Of a DNA stretch of 55,190 bases, positions 17,147-27,706 are shown in pieces. Both the position numbers and the translations under genes were made by a program. The notes below the pieces were generated by a model. It saw only the letters and a program-made list of their open reading frames with translations, did not search any database and was not told where the DNA came from. Within the stretch, counting starts at the first letter, position 1. Each line of letters starts with the position of its first letter. The stretch is from Dehalococcoidia bacterium (GTDB lineage Bacteria; Chloroflexota; Dehalococcoidia; Bin125): assembly GCA_963555985.3 (NCBI GenBank), contig CAUVXV020000009.1, positions 1-55,190 of the forward strand, given 5' to 3'.

Positions 17147-17211
17147 GCGCGACATTCTGCCACACGCTCACTTGATGGGCTGGCGCGCCCATGCCGCCGG
17201 CAACGCCCGCC

Positions 17212-17496
17212 CTAACCGCCCCGAGCGATCAACGCGCCCAAGAGTCCGCCGAACACCGCCGTCTGCGCGAAGAACAGCGCAAACAGCAGATTCACTTTGC
17301 CCTCCAGCGCCTGCATCCTGGTCTCCAGCGCTTGCTGACCAGCCCGGAGCTCCGCCAGTCCCAACTCCAGTTGTTCCCGCGTCACCAAGTGCTTGAACAG
17401 TACTTGCAGCAGACCTTCGGCTGCCGCGCTGTCGATGCCGGCGATCGCAGCCAGCTCGTCGCGGATCTCAAACTGAGTCGGCGATTCCGTAGTCAT
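17212..17496 (-). CDS. Coiled-coil protein with a C-terminal TM anchor (CCDC90/DUF1640-like)
   Basis: LVTREQL neck, heptads, then LLFALFFAQTAVFGGLLGALI; GGAGGG RBS. Confidence 0.6.
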   Translation of the reverse strand: MTTESPTQFEIRDELAAIAGIDSAAAEGLLQVLFKHLVTREQLELGLAELRAGQQALETRMQALEGKVNLLFALFFAQTAVFGGLLGALIARGG

Positions 17497-17597
17497 GGCA
17501 AGCATCCCTCCGTGCAGCCCCAGGATAACAAGCCAATCCACCCGATCTCGCCTGCTCCGGTACGATAGACCGGTACGTCTGTCGCGGGAGAGATTTG

Positions 17598-17810
17598 ATG
17601 CTCACCGAATTCTGGGAATCCGACGACTTCAGCGAGCGCAAGCAAGCGCTGCTCGACACGCTCGACACGGATTACCCCTGGTCCAAAGGCGATGTCTTGC
17701 GCTTCCGTCGCGGCGGCCGCGACGACCGCTACCGCGTCCTCCACGTGCAGGTCGAAATCGGCGACGAAGGCCTGCGCCGCGAGGTGCTCCTGCTCAAACT
17801 CGGCCGCTAG
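17598..17810 (+). CDS. Hypothetical protein
   Basis: GGGAGA RBS, TACGAT upstream and typical codon usage. Confidence 0.6.
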   Translation: MLTEFWESDDFSERKQALLDTLDTDYPWSKGDVLRFRRGGRDDRYRVLHVQVEIGDEGLRREVLLLKLGR

Positions 17811-17827
17811 CCGACTCCGCGCGGGCA

Positions 17828-18646
17828 ATGACCGAATCCGGCGCGCTCCCCTACTCGATCTTCCTGATCCTGCTCCAACTCGGCGCGGGCGGCGCGCTAG
17901 TCATGCACGCCGTCCACTTGCGCCGCCAGTCCACCCCCGGCTTCGTGCGCGCCACCACGATCATGCTCCCGGTCGTCTTCGGCCTGGCGCTCTGGACAGC
18001 GCTCTCGCTCGATGGCGACGTCGTCCAGGGATTCGCCATCAACGCCGATGCCCGCACGCCGCTGATAGCGCTTGTCGCGATCCTCACCGGCGCCTCCATC
18101 CTCCACAATGCTGCGCTCTACACCGGACGCGACCGTCAGGCCGTGCAGCTCGGCTGGATCATCAGCGGCGTCGCGCTGGCTGGTCTCGCTCTCACCGCCG
18201 TCACGCTTGCCGGAGCGCCAACCTGGCTGCTGGCCTTGACCTTGCTCACCGGCGCGCTGGCGCTCGGGCTCTCCGCCGTCGGACTCGCGCTCGGGCACTG
18301 GTACTTGGTCACCCCGCGCCTGCCCGCGCGCCCCCTGGTCGAGCTGACGACCGCATTCCTGATCGTCGTCGCGCTCCAGGCCGCGTTCTTCGCAGTCGCG
18401 CTCGTCGTCTCAGTCGAGACCCCGCTCGGCGGACGCGATTTGGCCCTTACCTCCGACCCGACCTTCTGGCTGCGCATCGTGATCGGCTTCGGCCTCACCC
18501 TCATCTTCGGCTGGATGGCCTGGTCAACCGCCCGCATCCGCTCCATGATGGCCGCCACCGGCCTCCTCTATCTCACCACCGCCGCCGTCCTCGCCGCCCA
18601 AATCGCCGCCGCCGCCCTGATGTTCGACTCCGGCCGCCCCCTCTAG
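17828..18646 (+). CDS. Multi-pass membrane protein (LGHWYL family)
   Basis: About 8 hydrophobic helices; LGHWYLV.P and AATGLLY motifs. Confidence 0.75.
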   Translation: MTESGALPYSIFLILLQLGAGGALVMHAVHLRRQSTPGFVRATTIMLPVVFGLALWTALSLDGDVVQGFAINADARTPLIALVAILTGASILHNAALYTGRDRQAVQLGWIISGVALAGLALTAVTLAGAPTWLLALTLLTGALALGLSAVGLALGHWYLVTPRLPARPLVELTTAFLIVVALQAAFFAVALVVSVETPLGGRDLALTSDPTFWLRIVIGFGLTLIFGWMAWSTARIRSMMAATGLLYLTTAAVLAAQIAAAALMFDSGRPL

Positions 18647-18694
18647 AAAGTGCTATCCGAGTTCCGACAACACTGTCACACCCACCGAAAACCT

Positions 18695-18725
18695 CCGTCA
18701 TACCCGCGCTTGCCGCGGGTATCTC
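18695..18725. repeat. REP-like palindrome variant
   Basis: CCGTCATACCCGCG-CTTGC-CGCGGGTATCTC, related to the 8655 and 11825 copies with compensatory changes. Confidence 0.75.
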
Positions 18726-18920
18726 GTCGTGACCAGCACCCAACGCCCCATTCCAGAACCCCTCTGTCAACACCAACACACCACACTCATCTCAATACCA
18801 GCTAATCTAATCGGAACAACAGTACATCAACGCGATAGAGATCCCATGCACCTTCCGCCCAAACGCTGCCGCTGAAATCGAGGCGAAATTCGAACCGCTC
18901 GCCTCAGAACTGGACAGCCC

Positions 18921-18980
18921 AACTGACCAAGACCATCCAAAATCATCCACAATTGACCACCTCGAAGAGACAATTCCCCA
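18921..18980. repeat. Non-coding element with 10-bp-phased repeats
   Basis: aactgaccaa|gaccatccaa|aatcatccac|aattgaccac, then CAATTCCCCA (also found at ~37014). Confidence 0.6.
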
Positions 18981-19048
18981 GCCAGGACAGGAGATCGACA
19001 ATTCAGAACAAAAGCAGGGGGACGTGGTAACTATCCACCCCGGCCAAC

Positions 19049-19952
19049 CTACTCCACCACGTCCTGCTGGCTCACGTCCAACTGCAACCCCGGCGGCAGT
19101 TCGGGCGTGTCAACCACATGAGTGCGCCAAGCCGGACGCGCCCGATCAAGCAACTCCGCCACCAACTCCACCGCCTCCCCGCTCCGCACGCCCCACCAGG
19201 TCAGCGCCTGCCCGTCGCAGAGGTACACATGACCTTCCCGCGCCGCCGTCAGCTCTTGCAGCGACGACAGCTCCTGCGCGTGACGCTCCCGAAATCGGTA
19301 CGGCTCGCTTGGCAGCAGCACGACTTCGGGGTCGGCAGCGATCAGCTCCCGCAACCCCACACGCGGGTAGCGGCCGTCCGCGCCAAGCTCCTCGAACACG
19401 TTGATCCCGCCGCAGACACGCAACAGGTCCCCGATATACGTCTGCCCCCCGGCAGCCATGTAGGGATTGCGCCAGATCAGGCAGGCCGCGCGAACGCGCG
19501 GGCGCAAACGCTCAAGGTGCCGCTGTTCCCTCCAGCGCCTGCTCCAGCGATTGCGACAGCTTCAGCGAGACGCCGCCCAACAGCTTCGCCACCCGCTCAA
19601 CCTCCTCGGCGCTCTCTGCAACCGTTCGCACCTCACCCACATAGACCGTCAACCCGGCCTTGCGCAGGGCCGCCACATCCTCTTCGCGGTTCTCCTCGCG
19701 GTTGGCCAGCACCAGCTGCGGCTCAAGCCCCACAATCTGTTCGGTGTCCGGGTTCTTCGTCCCACCGATCTTGCGGATCGGCGCGACCTCCCCAGCCGGC
19801 TCGACGCAAAACCGCGTCACGCCAACCAGACGCGAACCCAATCGCAGCGCGCAGACCATCTCCGTGAACGAGGGCACCAGCGAGACCACCGTTCGCGCCG
19901 GTTGCTCCAAGCGAACCTCGGTCCCGGTCGCATCGACAAGCGTGGTCGCCAT
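19049..19952 (-). CDS. BtuF-like helical-backbone metal/cobalamin-binding protein (one frameshift near 19510-19530)
   Basis: VVSLVPSFTE, GGTKNPD and ANREENR in one frame; TYIGDLL and LLPSEPYRF in the next. Confidence 0.8.
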
Positions 19953-20023
19953 GCCCACACGCTACCAGCGCGCTGGTACGATCCCCCTAGCTACCCGCTC
20001 CGATCCTGGAAAGCCGGCTCCGC

Positions 20024-20908
20024 GTGACCCTCGCTCCCATTCAAGGCGCCGACGTTACCTTCTCCGATGTCACCGTGGGCTATCCCTCGCAGCCCGTCTT
20101 TGAACATCTCGATCTCCACATCCCACCGGGCTCATTCACCGGCGTCGTGGGCGGCAACGGCTCAGGCAAAAGCACGCTGCTCAAGACCATTGCCGGTCTC
20201 CTCCACCCCACCACCGGCAGCGTCGCCATCGACGGACTCTCGCCCAGCCGCGCGCGCCCCTTCCTGGGCTACATGCCCCAAGTCTCCGATGTGGACTGGA
20301 ACTTCCCCGTCACCGTTCGTGAGGTGGTGGAGATGGGCCGCTACCGCTTTCGCTGGACCCAGCGCATCTTTCGCGGCAGCCGCTTTCGCGAAGATCGCGT
20401 CGCCGTTGACCGCGCGTTGGCGATGATGAACGTGGAGGATTTGCAACAGCGCCAGATCCACGAACTCTCCGGCGGACAGCGCAAGCGCGTCCTGATCGCG
20501 CGCGCGCTCGCACGCCAACCGCGCATCCTCCTGCTCGATGAACCTGCCGCCGCGCTCGATGCCGTCTCCGACAGCCAACTCTTCGATGTCCTCTGCGACC
20601 TCACCGAGTTCGGCGTCTCGGTCATCGTCTGCACCCATGACCTGGAGTCGGTCGTCGAGCACTACGGCCAGGTCATCTGCGTCAACTGCAACCGCGACGA
20701 CGGTTCCATCGTCGCCCAGGGCGATCCCGCTGAGGTGCTCACCGAGAGCGTGCTGCGCCAGACCTTCGGGCGGGAGCTGGCCATCCTCAGCGATCAGTCC
20801 CCGATCGCGAACGAGCGGCACTCGACCCGGCTGGGTGAGAATCTCCAACTCCTGCACGACCACGACCAGCAGGCGCACCAAGATCACGGACACGACGAGC
20901 ACACATAA
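20024..20908 (+). CDS. Zn/Mn ABC transporter ATP-binding protein (ZnuC-like)
   Basis: GGNGSGKS, VDWNFPVTV, LSGGQ and LLDEP motifs; His-rich tail. Confidence 0.9.
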   Translation: MTLAPIQGADVTFSDVTVGYPSQPVFEHLDLHIPPGSFTGVVGGNGSGKSTLLKTIAGLLHPTTGSVAIDGLSPSRARPFLGYMPQVSDVDWNFPVTVREVVEMGRYRFRWTQRIFRGSRFREDRVAVDRALAMMNVEDLQQRQIHELSGGQRKRVLIARALARQPRILLLDEPAAALDAVSDSQLFDVLCDLTEFGVSVIVCTHDLESVVEHYGQVICVNCNRDDGSIVAQGDPAEVLTESVLRQTFGRELAILSDQSPIANERHSTRLGENLQLLHDHDQQAHQDHGHDEHT

Positions 20909-20974
20909 CGTGACTCACTCGCCTCGGCGCACGAGGATGAACGCGGATGATCGGATTCCCACTGAGACCATCAC

Positions 20975-21758
20975 TCAACCGTTGCCGCCGGTTCCCTCAA
21001 GCACCCAGATCAATCGCCGCAGCAGCATCGAAAAGTGGCCCTCGGCGGCAGCGGCGTGAAGTTCCCCAAGCCAGTCGTCGAAGCGCCGCGCCCGCACACG
21101 CGCCGCCTCGATCACCAGCCAACGCCGCATCGTGCCCAACATGTCCCAGGCCAGCGCTCCCGGCTGGAGGCGCTCGCCGCGAAGCGTGACGCTGCCCCGC
21201 CGCCGCACCGACAATCCGGCCTCGGCTGCGCTGGCTGCGAGCGCTCCGGACAGTCCCAGCGGCGCCCCGGACGTGTACATCCGCGTCAGCTCCCGCCCCG
21301 TCTCAGCCTCCTCGCACTCGAACCAGAGCCCGTCCCAGTCGGTCTGCACGACCACGATCGGCCCGGCCGTCACCCGTCCCGCTTCGGACAGAGCAGCGCT
21401 GGGGTGCCGCAGCCACTCGAATACGTCCACCATCAGCGCCGCGCCGAATACGCCGTCCGCAAACGGCAGACGCGCCGCGTCGCCCCGCACCACTTCCCAG
21501 CCGCTCGGGCCCAGCCAACGCTCGCTGGGCGCTCGATCCAGGGCGACGCCATGCAACCCCGGTCCCGCGCGCGACCGCGCCCAGCGTCGAGCCGTCGCCC
21601 GCTCCCACATCCAGTGCAAGCCCGCTGCGTCGCGGCGATCTGCCGTCCAGCAAGAGGTCATAGATCGCGTCGTAGTGACTGCGCAGCTCCGCATGGATCA
21701 GCGGCGCTCCGGGCGAGCGCGCATCAACCGGCGGCGCCAGCGAGCGATGGTGCGGCAC
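20975..21758 (-). CDS. Class I SAM-dependent methyltransferase (frameshift near 21555)
   Basis: LDVGAGDG in one frame and GDAARLPFADGVF in the next. Confidence 0.75.
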
Positions 21759-22172
21759 CTAAGCCCACTCCGAGACGACAATCGGCTGACGCCCCGCGAA
21801 GCCATCCGCAAGCTCATGCCACCACATCACCGTCCGTTCGCCGGGCTGCCAGCAGAGATACACATCCCGACCCTCCCGCACCGCTACCCAATCGACCAAG
21901 CCCCGGCGCACATCCTTCACTTCCACCCCCTGCTCCTGGATGTGCTCCACCAGCATCCGCACTTGCCCTTCGAGCTTCGTGATCTCACCGCGAATCGCCT
22001 GGTCATCGGCGACAGCCGGCAATCCGTCCGTCGACGTCCCCCGACTCATTGAAGCGACAATCGCGTTCAACTCATCCAGCCGCCGCATCCGCTTGCGCAT
22101 CACTGTCACCACTGCCGCAATCGCGGGCAGCGAGCGCCGGGCCTGAGCCAACGTGAACCTGCGCGGAGGCAT
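21759..22172 (-). CDS. DUF2203 family protein
   Basis: [24 protein letters not shown] and WWH...GFAGRQP motifs. Confidence 0.88.
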   Translation of the reverse strand: MPPRRFTLAQARRSLPAIAAVVTVMRKRMRRLDELNAIVASMSRGTSTDGLPAVADDQAIRGEITKLEGQVRMLVEHIQEQGVEVKDVRRGLVDWVAVREGRDVYLCWQPGERTVMWWHELADGFAGRQPIVVSEWA

Positions 22173-22267
22173 AGGCGAAAGTCTAGCCCGCCAAGCGCCA
22201 ACCTAACTCCCCGGCCCCGACGGCGCGTGCGGCAGGAACCACCACTGACTCCGGCCCTGCCCGCGAC

Positions 22268-24288
22268 TCACGAACAGGGCGCGCACCACGCTCTCCTCCT
22301 CCTGGGTCGCAGAGGATCACCGCCAGGTCGTTCGCTTCCAGCATCACGTTTCCGCGCGGGATCACGACCTCGCCCCGTCGGTGAATGGCCGTGACCACAG
22401 CAGCTTCCGGCAGCGCAAGTCCCGCGACGGTCGAACCGGTGGCCGCCGATCCCGCCTCCACGCGCAGCTCGAGCTCGACCGCCGCCGGCCAGACGCCGCA
22501 CCGGCGTCGGCGCTGTCTGCGTTCCGCTCCGGTCTGTGGGTTGAGCCAATTCGCGCAACACGTCGCGCTGCGTCAACATCCCCAGCAGCCGCGTCTCGTC
22601 CCCGCGATCAACGACCGGCAGCTGACGCACATCATGCTCAACCAGCAGAGACAGCGCGTGTTGCAGGGTTGTCGTCGGGATGCACGGAGACGGGGGCCAC
22701 AACCGCGAGGTCGCGAGCGAGCCGATCCAACTCACCCCGTTCCACGGCCGACGCGACAATCCGTGGCGCTGACCAGTCCGAGGAATCGATTGTGTTGGTC
22801 GGCTACCGCTACCACGTTCCCGCGCGACTGGCTCATCGCATTGGCGAGGTCGCGGATCGACGCAGTTCGTGCGACAATTGGAGTATCGGTGCGCATCGTA
22901 GTCGCGACGATCACGTTCTCGAGCGCGCTCTGCTCTCGCTCTTCGCTCACGTTGAGTCCCAGCTCGCCGCAGCCGCACGTTGTAGATCGTGTCACGTGTG
23001 AGCAGTTGCGCGAGCGCCGTCGCCAGCGCCACCGCAGTCATCAGGGGTAAGATCAGCGCGTATCCGCTCAACTCGAAGACGATGAATAACGAAGTCATCG
23101 GCGCGCGCGCAGCCGCGGCGAAGACCGCCGCCATGCCGACTACGACATAAGGCCCAATCGAGGTCACCATCTCCGGGAGCGCCGACTCGAATCCCGCCCC
23201 CATCAGCGCCCCCAGCGTCGCGCCGGACGAACAGCAAAGGCGCGAACGCTCCGCCGGACGCTCCCGATCCAATCGTCAGCGATGCGGCGATCAGTTTGAG
23301 CACCATCAACACGGCAAGAGTCGATACAGCGAGGTCGCCCTGCGTAAAGGAGCGAATCTGATCGAGGCCCGATCCGAGGATCCCGCCTTCGATCAACGCC
23401 AGCGCACCGACGAGCAGCAGCCCGATGATCGGGCGTGCAGTGGGCGAGAGACCGACGAAATCAAACACGTCTTCGGTGAAAAACCGGGTCCGCACAAACA
23501 AGATGCCTGCGATCGCCGCGCTTACAACCCACGATGGCGTGCAGGAACAGCTCCAGCCCCGTCTCCGGTTCAAAGTCGGGCAGTTGCAACCCCGGATTCT
23601 CACCGTAGAACGCAATCGCAACCAGGTTCGCCACGACCGCGCTGACCACGACGATCGTGAAGTTGCGCACGTTGAATCGGCGCAGCACGACCTCAAGCGC
23701 GAAGAACGTTCCGGCAATGGGCGTATGGAACGTCGCAGCAATCCCGCCGGCCGCTGCCGCTGCGACCATCAACACCAGCATGTCGGACGGTTGGCGGGTG
23801 ATACGGCCAATCGTGGAGGCAAGCGAGGCGGCGATGAGCACGATCGGACCTCGCGTCCGGCTGCGCCGCCGCCGCCGAGCGTGAAGCCCGTCGCCAGCAG
23901 CTTGATCGGCGCCACAATCGGGCGGACGAAGCCGCCCGCCGTTTCCCCGCCACCATCACGTAGGGCACGCCTGCGCCGCGAGACTCGGCCGACAAGCGGC
24001 CAACCCATGAGCGCAACCGGGATGGCCGCGATCGCGGGCACGAGCATCAGCGTCCAACCGCCGGCCAGGTTGTCGAGCGACGCCGCCAGTTCGTCGAAGA
24101 GTTGGGTCAGTCCGTCAACGAGCGCCTGGAGCGCGACCGCGCCGAGTCCTGCCGCCAATCCCACCGCGACTGCGAGCAGCAGCGGAGCCAATTGCGCGGA
24201 ACCCGCACCCGCCTACGAGCGGCAGCCGCCAGAGCAGCCGTACCGGCCTCGTCCCAAACCTCCGCGCCGGACGCAACACCAGCGACAT
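22268..24288 (-). CDS. CLC chloride channel/antiporter with CBS and TrkA-C domains (multiple frameshifts; ends approximate)
   Basis: GAGVP, GGAAGRE, AAGGIAATFHTPIAG, GASGGAFAP and ARAPMT motifs; CBS QLPVVD; TrkA-C VVIPRGNVMLEAND, spread across frames. Confidence 0.8.
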
Positions 24289-24334
24289 CACGCCGCCTCA
24301 ACGATTAGCCGGTTTTCCCGCTCTAACGCTCACG

Positions 24335-25716
24335 CTATGCGCGTCGCCGACAGCGGGCAATGCCGCCAACCGCCCCGCGAGCATGACGCCTACTCCCCGC
24401 CTCCACCCGCAACGCCTCGCGCAGCTCACCGTCCTCGGTCACGAAGGTGAACAGGTATCGCGCCGGCTCGACTTCATCGGTAGCGAGACCCTCCACTACG
24501 ATGTCAGCCGCCCGTCGCCCGAACGATCCTCCAGCGCCACCCCGCTCACATCGGCGACCACAGCGTCCGGACCCGTGTACACGCGGTAGCCGTCGCCCTC
24601 TGACTTGAGCACGTAGAAGCTGCTCACGCAGCCGGTCTCATTGCAAGTGATCTCGCGAAATGAAATGTCGCGAATGCCGTCGCCTGTCATATCGGCGTCG
24701 CCCAACTGCACGAGCCCCTGAACTTCGCGGCCGTAAGCCAGGGCGTGGTCGTATGCGATTCGGTATCGGTCCGCGCGGCCGGGAACCGGGTCGTAGACGA
24801 CGAGGTTGCTGTACGGAACCGCAGCGCCGAACGAGTTCGGATTGGTGTAGACGATGGCCAGCGAGAAGATCCCATCCGCGTCCGTATCGATCAGGTAGAG
24901 ACGGTCGTGCCCGGCGGCTAAGGCCGGCATCGGCCAGGCTTTGAAGAGTTCGATGATCACATCGATCGCGGTCTCGCCGTGCAGCCAGGGCAGCGCCGCC
25001 GCGCCATACTGGAGGAAGTTCGAGGGTGGGTTGGGGATCGCCTCAAGAGTCTCGTCAATACCGGGTTGAGGGAACTGCTGAGCCGAGGTGACGGTCGGCG
25101 TCGCTACGGGGACCGCCACATTCGGTAGTTCGACCGCCGGCGTCTGAACGGACTCTTGCGCGTCCTCGTCGTCGGTAGGAGAATCAGCGGCGCCCTCGGA
25201 GTCCTCGCCGGTATCACGCGCGGCAGCGATCGTGGCTTCCTCCTCATCGTCACGCGGAATCAGCAGCACCTGCCCGACCTGCAACACATCGGGATTCTGA
25301 ATCCCGTTCAGGGTGATCAGATCGTCAAGCCGGACGCCAAGCTGATTCGCAATGCCAGCGAGCGTGTCGCCTGCCTGCACCACATATGTATCTGGATCTC
25401 CTGCGACGGTTTCTGCTTCGGCTTGAGCCGGCTCAGCCGTCTGCTCCTGCTCTTGTTCGCTCGGCGCAGTGGTGACGGCGACCGCTTCGGCGGGCTGCGC
25501 CTCTTGTTCCTCAGCGGCTTGAGCCGCCACAGCCGATTCCTCGGCTTGCTCGGTTGCGGTCTGTGAGGCGGACGCCGGTGGATCGACCACCTGCGGTTCG
25601 GGCTCGTCGTCTCCCCCGAACAGCCCACAGCCGCCGGCGATCAGCGCGACTGCGGCCAGCGCGGTGGCCAGCACAAGGAAACGACGCCATCGATGTAAGA
25701 ACATGAAATCCCACAA
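24335..25716 (-). CDS. LysM-domain lipoprotein (probable frameshift near 24500)
   Basis: Lipobox IAGGC; YVVQAGDTLAGIA...LQVGQVLLIP LysM; DxDxDG-like repeats. Confidence 0.8.
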
Positions 25717-25787
25717 TGCCGCGCCCGCCGCCAGTCTCCACTCTAACCGGATCGCAGATCGAACGCCTAGTACCGCTCACTGATTGC

Positions 25788-26160
25788 TTACAGGCGCGCA
25801 AGCTGCTGTCCCAGCCAAGCCGCACCCAACCCGCCCGCGCCGCTGACCAGCAGATTCGCCAGCGCCCAGCCCCAACGCCCCTCGTCAATCAGGCTGAGGC
25901 TATCGAAGGACAGCGTTGAGAACGTCGTGTACCCGCCGAGCAAGCCCACCGTGAGGCCAATCCGAACCGCCGCCGACACTGCAAACCGCTCTGCAAGCAG
26001 CGTTGCCAAGAGGCCGAGTGCGAGCGCGCCGCTGAGGTTGACCAGCAAAATGCCCCAGGGCAGTCCCGAAGGACGCCCGATCCAGACCGCGATCAGGTAG
26101 CGCAGCAACGCTCCGGGCCGCGCCGCCGATCGCCACCGCCGCCAGTGTGCCCGCAGCCAT
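25788..26160 (-). CDS. crcB: Fluoride efflux channel Fluc (frameshift near 26115)
   Basis: PWGILLVNLSG and GLLGGYTTFSTLS motifs. Confidence 0.88.
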
Positions 26161-27061
26161 TCAGCGCCCCGTTGAGCCGAATCCGCCGGAACCGCGTTCC
26201 GTCTCCTCCAGCTCCTCTACTTCCACGACCTCAGCCAGCGTCACCGGAGCGACGACCAACTGCGCGATCCGATCCCCCTGCACTATGCGGTAGCCCCCGC
26301 CCCGACGCGCCCCGCACCGACATGGTGACCAGCAATTCGCCCCGATAGTCGGCGTCTACTGTTCCCCAGGCGACTTCGACGCCGCGCCGCGAGAGTCCCG
26401 AACGCGGCCGCACTTGCAACTCGCAGCCGCGGCGGCGCCACTGCGGCGATTCCGGTCGGCACCAGTTGGGGTTGAGAGCCGAGCATGAGCGAGCCCCCGC
26501 TCTCGCTCAGCTCGGCGAACAGATCGAGGCCCGAGCTCAGCGCGGAGCCGCGTCGCGGGAGCGCCGCCGCCGGACGCAACCGTTTCACGCGCAATTCCTC
26601 CGCGCCGGGCGCAGACCTCAGCCAACGGAACGGCGGGAACAGATCTGACGACTCAGGCGAAGATGTGCGGGCCAACGCCGCCGCATCCAAGCCCGCCGAA
26701 CGGCGCAGCAACACCGCCGCATCCGCCACCATCGCCGACACGTCCACTCCCAGATACGACGGCGCATACGGCGCCAGACGCTCAATGCCCGACGAGAGCT
26801 TGATCCGTACCCCGCGAGGTCGATGGTGTCCCTGTCCAGTGGTGCAATCCCGCCGCTAGCAAGATCAACCCTTGATAGAAACGAGCGCAACGGACGCCGC
26901 TCCCGCTGCCAGACCTCTTCCCAAACCTCGTGCGCATCAAAGAACTCGCGCTGATCCCACTCCGCCGCGCCGAGCGCCAGCGTCGCGCGATCGTCTGCCC
27001 CGACCGTCGGCTCCAACGCCAGTTGCTCCTCCCGGCTGGGAACCTCGCGCACCCGCGCCAT
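26161..27061 (-). CDS. dut: DUF309-dUTPase fusion (frameshifted)
   Basis: [12 protein letters not shown] and YQGLI (DUF309); [32 protein letters not shown] and [10 protein letters not shown] (dUTPase motifs I-V). Confidence 0.8.
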
Positions 27062-27146
27062 CGTCGCTCCTCCCACACCTCGCAGTGACCGTTCTGCATT
27101 CGGTCGCCGCTTGCCCCGCCGCTCGCACTATCCGACACTGAGACGC

Positions 27147-27673
27147 ATGGCGGACGACCCCTCAGTTAATCCCGTAAACCCTCTGCCAACTGCTGCTGCC
27201 GCGGATCTGCTCAACGCTCTCGACGAGAACTTCAGTGAACTCCGGCAACAACTGGATCGCCTGCTCGACGACCAGCTCGACGCGCGTCTTGCCTCCTCCG
27301 AATGGTCTGTCAGAGAGATCCTCCTCCATCTGATCCACTCCGAGCGTTGGGTGCAGCCGCAGCTCTTGATGCTGCGGCGATCCGTCGCGCCGCAACTGCC
27401 GATACCCCAAGTTGGCGGCGTCACGCTTCCCGATACGGAGGCGAACGCCTCACTGGCTGAGCTTCGCTGGGGTATCACAGCAGTGCGCGAAGACACCCGG
27501 CCCCTGCGGCTGTTGGATCGCCTTTCCCACGATCAGCTTCGCGAGCCCGGCCAACATCGAGCTTGACGGCGACATCGTCGACACCTCAATCCGCACCCTC
27601 GCCTTCACCGCCGCCGATCACCAGCTGTTCCACGTCCCGTCAAATCCAACGCACGCTCGGTCTCCCGCCCTAA
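27147..27673 (+). CDS. DinB family protein (frameshifted 3' end; end approximate)
   Basis: EWSVREILLHLIHSE, and DHQLFH in a second frame. Confidence 0.7.
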
Positions 27674-27706
27674 TCGCCCTTTCGGCTCGGCCCATAGCGG
27701 ACAGAT

